From the NCBI RefSeq assembly GCF_000015025.1, contig NC_008578.1, positions 1,830,001 to 1,862,000 on the forward strand: a stretch of 32,000 nucleotides of DNA. The letters run 5' to 3'. Below the pieces are notes generated by a model. The model was given only the letters and a program-made list of their open reading frames with translations. It was not told where the DNA came from and did no database searches. The stretch comes from Acidothermus cellulolyticus 11B (GTDB lineage Bacteria; Actinomycetota; Actinomycetes; Acidothermales; Acidothermaceae). The position numbers and the translations under genes are program-made. This document shows, piece by piece, positions 24,843 to 32,000 of the stretch (positions within the stretch are counted from its first letter, which is position 1; every line of letters starts with the position of its first letter).

Positions 24843-25652
24843 GTGACCGACGCCTTGGTGTGGATCGACTGCGAGATGACTGGTCTCGACCTCCGATCCG
24901 ATGCGCTCATCGAAGTCGCCATGCTGATCACCGACGCCGAGCTGAACGTCATCAGTGACGGCATCGACGTCGTGATCAAGCCGCCGGACGAGGCGCTGGC
25001 CTCAATGCCGGACGTCGTCCGGCAGATGCACACGGCGTCCGGGCTGTTGGATGAACTTCCGCACGGCGTCAGCCTCGCCGAGGCGGAAGAAAGGCTGCTC
25101 GGCGTCCTGCGGGAATACGTGCCGGAGGCCGGCAAGGCACCCCTGTGCGGCAATACGATCGCCACCGATCGCGCGTTCCTCGCGCGGGACATGCCGGCGG
25201 TCGACGCCTACCTGCACTACCGGATGATCGACGTCTCCAGCATCAAGGAGCTGGTGCGCCGGTGGTACCCCCGGGTGTACTTCGCCAGCCCGGAGAAGAA
25301 GAGCGCCCACCGGGCACTCGCAGACATCAGAGAAAGCATTGACGAGCTGCGCTACTACCGCGAGACGATCTTCGTGCCGCTGCCCGGCCCGGACAGCGAT
25401 ACCGCACGCGCTGCGGCCGCCCGGATTCTGGGCCTCACCCCGAACGGCGGCCACCCGAACGGCGAGCGGCTGGACGGCGGTCATCCGGGCGCGGCGGGCG
25501 ACGAGACTGCGGCGAACGGCGAAGCTACGGCAGGCGGCGGGCCTGCGGCGGGCGGCGAGCCTGGCGAGGGGCCTGGCCCCGAGCGGCCTCTAGACGGGGC
25601 GGACGGCAGACCCGCAGACGCCGTACCGCTCGATCCGCCCGCGTCGGGCTGA
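24843..25652 (+). CDS. orn: Oligoribonuclease (DEDDh 3'-5' exonuclease) with a Gly/Ala/Pro-rich C-terminal tail
   Basis: Motifs: [46 protein letters not shown] start at 24843. The last ~65 aa are low-complexity ([47 protein letters not shown]...). Confidence 0.9.
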   Translation: MTDALVWIDCEMTGLDLRSDALIEVAMLITDAELNVISDGIDVVIKPPDEALASMPDVVRQMHTASGLLDELPHGVSLAEAEERLLGVLREYVPEAGKAPLCGNTIATDRAFLARDMPAVDAYLHYRMIDVSSIKELVRRWYPRVYFASPEKKSAHRALADIRESIDELRYYRETIFVPLPGPDSDTARAAAARILGLTPNGGHPNGERLDGGHPGAAGDETAANGEATAGGGPAAGGEPGEGPGPERPLDGADGRPADAVPLDPPASG

Positions 25653-25717
25653 CGCCATCGCGGTCGTACGTCCCGCCCGATACACTTTCTCCTGCAGTCG
25701 CTCCCGCGACAAGCCTT

Positions 25718-25794
25718 GGTGGGTGTAGCTCAGTTGGCAGAGCACTGGGTTGTGGTCCCAGGTGTCATGGGTTCGAGTCCCATCACTCACCCCA
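25718..25794 (+). tRNA. tRNA-His (anticodon GTG)
   Basis: Cloverleaf read by eye. An extra G at -1 (25718) faces discriminator C73. Acceptor GTGGGTG pairs with CACTCAC. D-arm TAGCTCAGTTGGCAGAGC. Anticodon loop contains GTG. T-arm ATGGGTTCGAGTCCCAT. CCA is encoded at 25792-25794. Confidence 0.93.
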
Positions 25795-25801
25795 CGCGAG
25801 T

Positions 25802-25826
25802 CGTGTACCGGTGATTCCGGTACACG
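25802..25826 (+). terminator. Perfect hairpin immediately after tRNA-His
   Basis: CGTGTACCGG (25802-25811), loop TGATT, CCGGTACACG (25817-25826). The stem is 10 bp with no mismatch. No U-tract. Confidence 0.5.
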
Positions 25827-25929
25827 TCATGCAGCGGACGTGTTGGGACAATCCCCTCTCCGCCATCCTTGGGACAAGCCACTCGTCGAACAGTTGATCA
25901 CAGGTCTGACGACGTGCTGATGAGGCCGC

Positions 25930-26072
25930 CCTCCCAGGCAGGCCCACTCCGGGCCGGGCGATTCCCGGGCAGGCCCCTCCGGCGCAGACCGACTCCGGGC
26001 AGAGCCCCTGCGCAGACCTCCCAGGCAGGGCGATTCCCGGGCAGGCCCCTCGGCGCAGGCCGACTCCCGGGC
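25930..26072. repeat. Imperfect direct repeat (two copies of ~56-71 nt) between tRNA-His and csoR
   Basis: Copy A is 25930-26000 and copy B is 26017-26072. Both begin CCTCCCAGGCAGG and share an identical 24-nt core GGGCGATTCCCGGGCAGGCCCCTC (25956-25979 and 26028-26051). Copy A carries an extra ~15 nt. Confidence 0.8.
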
Positions 26073-26080
26073 CTAGGCAG

Positions 26081-26097
26081 ATACCTTACCGGGGTAT
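26081..26097. promoter_or_regulatory. Candidate CsoR operator (ATACCTTACCGGGGTAT)
   Basis: A pseudo-palindrome with ATACC/GGTAT arms and an internal G-tract lies 63-79 nt upstream of the csoR ATG. From memory it resembles the TACC...GGGGTA-type operators described for CsoR-family repressors. Confidence 0.55.
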
Positions 26098-26159
26098 AGT
26101 AGCCAGTAGCTGGGAAAGCATGGCGCTGGGAGAGCGCGCCCCTCGCTAGGAGAACAGCC

Positions 26160-26441
26160 ATGGTTGGCTACGCCGGCACGAAAGAGACGGTCCTCGCCCG
26201 GTTGCGCCGGATCGAGGGCCAGGTTCGCGGCCTGCACCGCATGGTTGAGCAGGACACCTACTGCATCGACGTCCTCACCCAGATCTCGGCGGCGACCCGG
26301 GCGCTGGAGGCCGTTGCGCTCAACCTGCTGGAAGAGCACCTCCGCCACTGCGTCCACGACGCCATCACCGCCGGCGGACCGGAGGCTGAGGAGAAGATCA
26401 CTGAGGCGGCCGACGCCATCCGAAGGCTCGTTCGATCCTGA
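26160..26441 (+). CDS. csoR: CsoR-family copper-sensing transcriptional repressor
   Basis: 93 aa. [33 protein letters not shown]...[10 protein letters not shown] carries the Cys...His-x3-Cys copper ligand pattern. AGGAG lies 7 nt upstream of the ATG. Confidence 0.9.
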   Translation: MVGYAGTKETVLARLRRIEGQVRGLHRMVEQDTYCIDVLTQISAATRALEAVALNLLEEHLRHCVHDAITAGGPEAEEKITEAADAIRRLVRS

Positions 26442-26510
26442 CGGCAGGGACCAACCGGCCGGAACCAGCCGACACACGCAGCCCAACAGCCCATCCGGAG
26501 GAGGATGATC

Positions 26511-26714
26511 ATGACGACCAAGACCTACACCGTCGAGGGAATGTCCTGCCAGCACTGCGTCAGCGCTATCACCGCCGAGGTCGGCAAGGTTCCGGGTGTC
26601 GCCGGCGTCACGGTCGACCTTGCCGGCAAGACGGTGACGGTCACCGGCGACGCCTTCGAGGACGCCGCCATTGCAGCAGCCGTCGAGGAGGCCGGCTACA
26701 CACTTGTCGGCTGA
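26511..26714 (+). CDS. copZ: Heavy-metal-associated (HMA) copper chaperone CopZ
   Basis: [20 protein letters not shown] contains the CxxC metal-binding motif in a ferredoxin-like fold. GGAGGAGG ends 6 nt before ATG 26511; the alternative ATG at 26505 abuts the SD sequence. Confidence 0.88.
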   Translation: MTTKTYTVEGMSCQHCVSAITAEVGKVPGVAGVTVDLAGKTVTVTGDAFEDAAIAAAVEEAGYTLVG

Positions 26715-26773
26715 TCCGGTTCGGCATCTGCTCGGCCTGGCCTGCGGCCGATCCCGAGAGGAGGCGAGCCCTC

Positions 26774-29161
26774 ATGGCCGCTGAAACCCGTCATCCGACG
26801 ACGAACCCGACGGAGAGCGAGTACGCCGACATCGAGCTGGCCATCAGCGGAATGACGTGCGCGTCGTGCGCAGCGCGCATCGAAAAAAAGCTCAACCGGC
26901 TGGACGGCGTCCGGGCTTCGGTGAATTTCGCCACCGAGAAGGCTCAGGTCACCTTCGATCCGGCCCGGGTCACCCCAGCGGACCTCGTAGCCACCGTTGA
27001 GGCGGCCGGATACCGGGCCCGGCTCCCCGAGCGCGTCGCGCGAGCCGGTGCGGGCTCCGCCCAACTTCACGAGCCCGCCGCACCGGGCGCCGGTGCCGCT
27101 GCGGCTCCGGCGGGAACCGAGCGCTCCCCCGTCCGCTCCCCTGCCGAGACACCCGACGATGAGACCACCGGAGTGCGCACCCGGCTTCTCATCTCCGCGG
27201 CGCTCACCGTTCCCGTCGTGCTCCTCGCCATGGTGCCGTCGCTGCAATTCCGGTTCTGGCAGTGGCTGTCGTTCACCCTGGCGGCTCCCGTGGTCGCCTG
27301 GGGCGCCTGGCCGTTCCACCGCGCGACTCTGATCAACCTCCGGCACCGCGCCGTCACCATGGACACGCTCATCTCCGTCGGGGTGCTCGCCGCCTTCGGT
27401 TGGTCGGTGTGGGCGCTTTTCCTTGGCGGCGCCGGGGAACCGGGCACGCACATGAGATTCGAGCTCATCCCGCACGCCGCTGGGAACCACCCGGACCTCT
27501 ACTTGGAGGTTGCGTCCGGGGTCACCACGCTCATCCTGCTCGGCCGTTACCTGGAAGCGCGGGCCAAGCGGCGTTCTGGTGCCGCACTGCGCGCCCTGCT
27601 CGAGCTGGGCGCCCGTGACGCAGCGGTGATCCGTGACGGAGCCGAGGTGCGGATCCCGGTCGAACAGCTCGCGGTGGGTGACCGATTCGTTGTCCGACCC
27701 GGTGAAAAGATCGCCACCGACGGGGTCGTCGAGGAGGGCACCTCCGCCGTCGACATGAGCATGCTCACCGGGGAATCGGTGCCGGTCGAGGTGGGTCCCG
27801 GCTCTGAAGTAGTCGGCGCCACGGTGAACGTCGGCGGCCGCCTCGTGGTCCGGGCGACGCGAGTCGGCGCGGACACCGCCCTGGCGCAAATAGCCCGGCT
27901 CGTGGCTCAGGCCCAAGCGGGGAAGGCTCCCGTGCAACGCCTCGCGGACCGCATCTCGGCCGTCTTCGTGCCCGTCGTCATCGCTCTTGCGGCGGCAACA
28001 CTGCTCTTCTGGCTGGCCGACGGCGCGTCGGCTCGCTTCGCCTTCACCGCGGCCGTCGCCGTCCTGGTCATCGCCTGCCCGTGTGCCCTCGGTCTCGCCA
28101 CGCCGACAGCCCTGCTGGTTGGAACGGGCCGCGGCGCCCAACTCGGCATCCTCATCAAGGGACCGGACGTGCTCGAATCGACGCGGCGGGTCGACACGGT
28201 CGTGCTCGACAAGACCGGCACGGTCACCACCGGAGAGATGACCCTCCTCGACGTGATCAGCGCACCCGGGGTGAGCAGCGAGGAAGCGCTCCGGCTTGCC
28301 GGCGCGGTCGAGGATGCCTCCGAGCACCCGATCGCCCGTGCCATCGCCCGCGCAGCCCGCGAGCGGTTTGGGGAACTGCCTGCGGTCGAATCGTTCACCG
28401 CGACCGCCGGTCTAGGTGTCGTGGGTGTGGTCGAGGGTCACGCCGTCGTCGTTGGACGGGCCGCTTTTCTTGCGGACTGGGGGCTGCATCCCGGCGCGGA
28501 ACTCACGGACGCGGCCACGAAGGCAGAGACCGCCGGCCGCACGCCGATTTTCGCGGGTTGGGACGGCGAACTCCGGGCGGTCTTCGTCGTCGCTGACACG
28601 CCGAAACCGACGAGCCGGGCCGCCGTGGCCGAGCTCCGCCGCCTCGGACTCCGTCCGGTGCTGCTCACCGGAGACAATGCTCGAACCGCAGAAGCGATCG
28701 CCGCCGAGGTAGGCATTGACGAGGTCGTTGCGGAGGTGCTCCCGGCTGAGAAAGTTGCGGCGATCAAGGAATTGCAGGCCCGCGGACGGGTGGTGGCGAT
28801 GGTCGGCGATGGGATCAACGACGCTGCCGCCCTCGCACAGGCCGATCTCGGAATTGCCATGGGCACCGGGACCGATGTGGCAATCGAGGCAAGCGACATC
28901 ACCGTCATTTCCGGCGATCTTCGTGCGGTGGTCGACGCAATACGCCTCTCCCGCCGAACCTTGGCGACGATCAAAGGGAACCTGTTCTGGGCGTTCGCCT
29001 ACAACGTCGCGGCTCTTCCGCTCGCCGCCGCCGGTCTCCTCAACCCGCTGATCGCCGGAGCGGCGATGGCGTTCTCCAGCGTCTTCGTAGTGACGAACAG
29101 CCTGCGGCTGCGCCGATTCGGCGTCGCCCACGCCCCGGCGTCCGGCGCCGCGAGCCAGTGA
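26774..29161 (+). CDS. copA: Copper-translocating P1B-type ATPase
   Basis: N-terminal HMA domain ([15 protein letters not shown]). Motifs TGES (LTGESVPV), transmembrane CPC ([11 protein letters not shown]), DKTGT and [21 protein letters not shown] lies upstream of the ATG. Confidence 0.93.
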   Translation: MAAETRHPTTNPTESEYADIELAISGMTCASCAARIEKKLNRLDGVRASVNFATEKAQVTFDPARVTPADLVATVEAAGYRARLPERVARAGAGSAQLHEPAAPGAGAAAAPAGTERSPVRSPAETPDDETTGVRTRLLISAALTVPVVLLAMVPSLQFRFWQWLSFTLAAPVVAWGAWPFHRATLINLRHRAVTMDTLISVGVLAAFGWSVWALFLGGAGEPGTHMRFELIPHAAGNHPDLYLEVASGVTTLILLGRYLEARAKRRSGAALRALLELGARDAAVIRDGAEVRIPVEQLAVGDRFVVRPGEKIATDGVVEEGTSAVDMSMLTGESVPVEVGPGSEVVGATVNVGGRLVVRATRVGADTALAQIARLVAQAQAGKAPVQRLADRISAVFVPVVIALAAATLLFWLADGASARFAFTAAVAVLVIACPCALGLATPTALLVGTGRGAQLGILIKGPDVLESTRRVDTVVLDKTGTVTTGEMTLLDVISAPGVSSEEALRLAGAVEDASEHPIARAIARAARERFGELPAVESFTATAGLGVVGVVEGHAVVVGRAAFLADWGLHPGAELTDAATKAETAGRTPIFAGWDGELRAVFVVADTPKPTSRAAVAELRRLGLRPVLLTGDNARTAEAIAAEVGIDEVVAEVLPAEKVAAIKELQARGRVVAMVGDGINDAAALAQADLGIAMGTGTDVAIEASDITVISGDLRAVVDAIRLSRRTLATIKGNLFWAFAYNVAALPLAAAGLLNPLIAGAAMAFSSVFVVTNSLRLRRFGVAHAPASGAASQ

Positions 29162-29523
29162 CCGGGATGAGGAGCGTCAGCGATGACCGGCGGCCCAGGG
29201 AGCGCAGATCACGGTCACACATGCGGACTCACGTCGCAGACATCAGGAATTCCGGTTGTGCAAAAACGGGACGAAGGAATTCTCGGTATGAACCGAGAGA
29301 AAGACACTGTTCACCCGCTGAATACAGGGCGTTCGACCTGCCGATCGAGGTCTTTTGATCGGCCGCTTGCGCCTCCCTGCGGCGGTAGACAAGGACTTGC
29401 CCTCCCCGACGCAGCGGGTGACGAGAGGAGAGACCACAGAGGTGCCGTGGCAGCCGTTCACTCCCCGGCCGCCACGGTGAGTCCGAGCAGCGGACAGTTC
29501 CGATCGAGAACGGAGGTCGCACG

Positions 29524-29781
29524 ATGATGGACTGGGACACCGGCCCGGGTTGGGGTGGGCCGACCTGGGCTGGCTGGCTTGGCATGAGCCTGATGATGGC
29601 TCTCGCAGTAGCATTGATCGTCGCTGTAGTGGTGTGGTTGACGCGCATGTTGAGCTCTGCACCCGAGGCGCGCCGTGAACAGCGGGAAGACGCGTTGCGC
29701 ATCCTCGACGAACGCTTCGCGCGCGGGGAACTAGACGAAGAGACCTACCAGCGTCAGCGCGCACTCCTCACCCGCCGCTGA
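29524..29781 (+). CDS. Small membrane protein with a C-terminal SHOCT domain
   Basis: 85 aa. One hydrophobic helix (LGMSLMMALAVALIVAVVVWL) is followed by ALRILDERFARGELDEETYQRQRALL, which is the SHOCT pattern. GGAGG lies 7 nt upstream of the ATG. Confidence 0.75.
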   Translation: MMDWDTGPGWGGPTWAGWLGMSLMMALAVALIVAVVVWLTRMLSSAPEARREQREDALRILDERFARGELDEETYQRQRALLTRR

Positions 29782-29788
29782 TCGGGTC

Positions 29789-29816
29789 GGGTGTCGTCGC
29801 TGCGGCAACGACACCC
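29789..29816 (+). terminator. Hairpin 8 nt after the SHOCT gene stop
   Basis: GGGTGTCGT (29789-29797) pairs with ACGACACCC (29808-29816). 9-bp stem, 10-nt loop, no U-tract. Confidence 0.45.
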
Positions 29817-29855
29817 CGTCGCAACCGTCGTCGCTTTGCGGGGCGCCGTGCGTCC

Positions 29856-29926
29856 GCGGACGACCAACGGTTGCGCGCCTCCTACCGGCAGCGGACGACC
29901 AGCGGTTGCGCCGCCTCCTACCGGCA
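29856..29926. repeat. Tandem direct repeat, 35 + 36 nt
   Basis: GCGGACGACCAACGGTTGCGCGCCTCCTACCGGCA (29856-29890) is followed directly by GCGGACGACCAGCGGTTGCGCCGCCTCCTACCGGCA (29891-29926). They differ by one substitution and one 1-nt indel. A partial inverted copy, GCAACCGTCGTC, is at 29821-29832. Confidence 0.85.
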
Positions 29927-29957
29927 ACCGACGGTGGGAGTCAGGTGAGATGGATGC

Positions 29958-30995
29958 GTGAACATCATTGAGCGCGGCCTTCGGAGAATCGACCGACTTC
30001 AACAACGGCACGCCCTCCTCGGCGTGCCGTTCGCGACCGTCCGCAAGTTTGGTGACGACCAGGCCGGCACCCAGGCCGTGCTCCTGGCGTACTACGGCTT
30101 CTTCGCACTCTTCCCACTCCTCCTGCTCCTGACGACGATCCTCGGCTGGCTCCTCCCCGGCCACCCTGGCCTGCAGAACCGCATCCTCAACTCAGCACTC
30201 GCCAACTTTCCGATCATCGGCACCCAACTCCGCGGCGACGTGCATGCCCTCCGCGGCAACCTGCTGGCGGTGATCGTCGGTATCGCCGGTCTTCTCTACG
30301 GAGCGCAGGGAGTCGGCCAAGCAGCCCAGAGCGCGATGAACACGGTCTGGAACGTTCCCTTCCGTGATCGACCGAACTTCTTTTCCCGCCGGTTACGGGG
30401 GTACGCGTGGCTCGCCGTCCTGGGTCTTGCGACGCTGATTTCCACGGTCGTCGCCGGATTCGGCGCCCAAGTCTTCCCCGGGGCGCTCGGCTGGTTGTGG
30501 AGCCAGTCCGTGCCGTTCGCCATCAACCTCGGCGTATTCACCGTGATCTTCCGGGTTCTCGTCGCGGCTCCGCTCCGGTGGCGGGACGTCAGAATCGGCG
30601 TCCTCCTCGCCGCAGTCTTCTGGCAGGGCTTGCAGATCGGCGGCGGGTTCTACGTGAGCCGTACGTTGAACCACGCCAGCGACGTCTACGGCTTCTTTGC
30701 CATCGTCATCGGCCTTCTCTCCTGGCTGTACCTCGCTGCCGAGCTCACCCTGTTCGCCGCTGAGGTCAACGTTGTGATCCGGGACCGGCTCTGGCCACGC
30801 TCGCTGCTCCAACCTCCGCTCACACCCGCGGACCGCGTCGTGCTGGCCCGGCTGACCCGGATGGCGATCCGCCGGCCCGAGCTGGACGTCTCCGTACGCT
30901 TCACCGACGACGCACCGGCGCTCACCAGGAATCCCGGCCCACCCGGGGATCCGGACTCAACCGGGGATCCCGGCTCAAGTCCGGGAGCCGGGTAG
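29958..30995 (+). CDS. YihY/BrkB (virulence factor BrkB / former 'ribonuclease BN-like') family integral membrane protein
   Basis: Family pattern FATVRKFGDDQAGTQAVLLAYYGFFALFPLLLLL, multiple hydrophobic helices and a Pro/Gly-rich C-terminus. GTG start. Confidence 0.82.
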   Translation: MNIIERGLRRIDRLQQRHALLGVPFATVRKFGDDQAGTQAVLLAYYGFFALFPLLLLLTTILGWLLPGHPGLQNRILNSALANFPIIGTQLRGDVHALRGNLLAVIVGIAGLLYGAQGVGQAAQSAMNTVWNVPFRDRPNFFSRRLRGYAWLAVLGLATLISTVVAGFGAQVFPGALGWLWSQSVPFAINLGVFTVIFRVLVAAPLRWRDVRIGVLLAAVFWQGLQIGGGFYVSRTLNHASDVYGFFAIVIGLLSWLYLAAELTLFAAEVNVVIRDRLWPRSLLQPPLTPADRVVLARLTRMAIRRPELDVSVRFTDDAPALTRNPGPPGDPDSTGDPGSSPGAG

Positions 30996-31043
30996 TCGAA
31001 TCACAACAATGTAAGTTTCACGACTGTGATTCGAGGAGCTCCG

Positions 31044-31238
31044 ATGAACCGTGAGGCGACCGCGCACGTGCCCACGCCGGAACACCCGCTGTTGACCGCG
31101 CTGAGCCGGGGTCTGCCGATGACCCTGCTGGTCGATCTCGTCGATCCGAACGGTCCACGCTCCCGGGAGGTCTACGAGCGCGAAGGGACGGGCGACGGGC
31201 TGCGGCTCGCCGCCGCCCGATTCGCGGTCACCGCATGA
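31044..31238 (+). CDS. Small hypothetical protein (64 aa)
   Basis: ORF 31026..31238. Start placed at ATG 31044 (MNREATAHV...) because GAGGAG lies 5 nt upstream. Third codon positions are G/C-rich. No family recognised. Confidence 0.45.
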   Translation: MNREATAHVPTPEHPLLTALSRGLPMTLLVDLVDPNGPRSREVYEREGTGDGLRLAAARFAVTA

Positions 31239-31375
31239 CGCCCGAGCCCGACATCGCGGTGCCGGGTCCCCGGCCCGGCACCGGGAGCCCACTCCCCGGC
31301 TCGACGGCGAGGAGCCCACTCCCCCGGACGGTGCGCCCGATAACCGGCTGTCGAGGCTGGTACGCTCTTAGGCGC

Positions 31376-31448
31376 GCGCCGCTAGCTCAACTGGCAGAGC
31401 AGCGGACTCTTAATCCGCGGGTTCGGGGTTCGAGTCCCTGGCGGCGCA
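31376..31448 (+). tRNA. tRNA-Lys (anticodon CTT)
   Basis: Acceptor GCGCCGC pairs with GCGGCGC. D-arm TAGCTCAACTGGCAGAGC. Anticodon stem-loop CGGACTCTTAATCCG carries CTT. T-arm CGGGGTTCGAGTCCCTG. Discriminator is A and CCA is not encoded. Confidence 0.92.
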
Positions 31449-31520
31449 CGAGACGGGGACGTTGCGTAACGCACTGCCGCGACCGGTGACCCGAGCGTCT
31501 GAGGCGACACCGCGCCCCGG

Positions 31521-31548
31521 CCGCATCCGGCGTCGACATCGGATGCGG
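31521..31548 (+). terminator. Hairpin ~70 nt downstream of tRNA-Lys
   Basis: CCGCATCCG (31521-31529) pairs with CGGATGCGG (31540-31548). 9-bp perfect stem, 10-nt loop. Confidence 0.35.
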
Positions 31549-31857
31549 GACAGGCCCGGCTGGCGGCGAGCCGGGGCGACCGGCACGAAACCGGCGTCCG
31601 TGCTGACGTCGATAAAAAGACTCGGGACGCCAACAAAAGGCTCGGGACCTCGGCGCACATTAATAACACGGCAATCAAGCGGCGCGTGCACGACATCCAA
31701 ACACAGCACCCTTCCAGCGCGACGGGCGGCTCCGCGGTTGCGCATTTGCTCAATAGCCGTCGTGTTTAGGTTCGCATCATTGCGCGCCGACCTGGACGCC
31801 GTCATTCACGAGTCCGGTTACGCACGCCCGGGCGTCCGATTAGCGCGCATCGCATCT

Positions 31858-31976
31858 TCGCCGAAAGAACTAATCCCCACCGAGTTGACGTCGCCCATTC
31901 TCGCGTCTTTCTCAGGGCGTCGCCGAAAACCAAATCCCCACCGAGTTGACGGCCCCGATCCTCTCGCCTTTTTCAG
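31858..31976. repeat. Tandem direct repeat (58 + 57 nt, 62-nt period) at the right window edge
   Basis: Copy 1 is 31858-31915 and copy 2 is 31920-31976. They share the identical 19-nt core AATCCCCACCGAGTTGACG and similar flanks (TCGCCGAAA... and ...TTTCAG). An inverted CGTCAAC follows at 31979-31985. Confidence 0.85.
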
Positions 31977-32000
31977 TTCGTCAACGACGTCTGTCAATTC

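Noticed and set aside
25590-25790. 66-aa minus-strand ORF
   Set aside because: It overlaps tRNA-His on the opposite strand, and its sequence is simply the tRNA read in reverse.
25869-26099. 76-aa ORF with a repeated AGRFPGRPL peptide
   Set aside because: The peptide repetition is a by-product of the DNA direct repeat. The region also contains the candidate csoR operator and promoter. There is no RBS.
26696-28327. 543-aa ORF on the minus strand
   Set aside because: It is antisense to the P-type ATPase gene, which carries the TGES/CPC/DKTGT/GDGIND motifs. The translation is Arg/Gly/Asp-rich with no motifs.
28412-29131. 239-aa minus-strand ORF (also 28438..28974)
   Set aside because: It is antisense to the 3' part of copA and no family is recognised.
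31382-31805. 123-aa and 131-aa minus-strand ORFs, plus the 84-aa plus-strand ORF 31235..31489
   Set aside because: They overlap tRNA-Lys. They have no RBS or motifs and their translations are Arg-rich.
25930-32000. Whether any of the direct repeats form a CRISPR array
   Set aside because: Each repeat family has only two copies. The units are adjacent or differ in spacing, they are not separated by unique spacers of regular length, and there are no cas genes in the window.

Overview
This is a high-GC, gene-dense chromosomal window that looks actinobacterial (F420 enzymes, CsoR/CopZ/CopA, a SHOCT protein, frequent GTG starts, 4-nt start/stop overlaps). About 2.0-21.1 kb is one long, almost entirely minus-strand catabolic supercluster. 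It encodes an XDH-family molybdenum hydroxylase whose large subunit (15097-17445) sits about 4 kb from its FAD, 2Fe-2S and CoxG-like partners (8855-10949). It also encodes the cofactor maturation genes XdhC and MocA-like, a diaminopropionate-ammonia-lyase-like PLP enzyme, an HxH TIM-barrel hydrolase, a maleate-isomerase-like Asp/Glu-racemase-fold protein and a DUF1989 protein. The remaining members are a GctAB-like two-subunit CoA-transferase, an LLM oxidoreductase paired divergently with an NADPH:F420 reductase, a polar-amino-acid-type ABC importer whose permease and ATPase are fused, and an in-operon PucR-type regulator. A soluble MCP-signalling-domain protein lies at the left edge. The right third holds housekeeping and metal genes: malic enzyme, moaA, orn, tRNA-His, csoR-copZ-copA with a candidate CsoR operator, a SHOCT membrane protein, a YihY/BrkB-family protein, a small ORF and tRNA-Lys. 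I recognised no rRNA, CRISPR array, transposase or integrase. The most interesting observation is the catabolic supercluster: I cannot match its enzyme combination to a characterised pathway, and it sits in a visibly lower-GC block. Secondary items are the split hydroxylase architecture, the F420 module, the fused ABC polypeptide, the unusual MCP fusion, a 0.9-kb gene-poor stretch (21.15-22.08 kb), and periodic direct repeats downstream of tRNA-Lys at the window edge. All functional calls rest on motif recognition by eye; no database search was possible.
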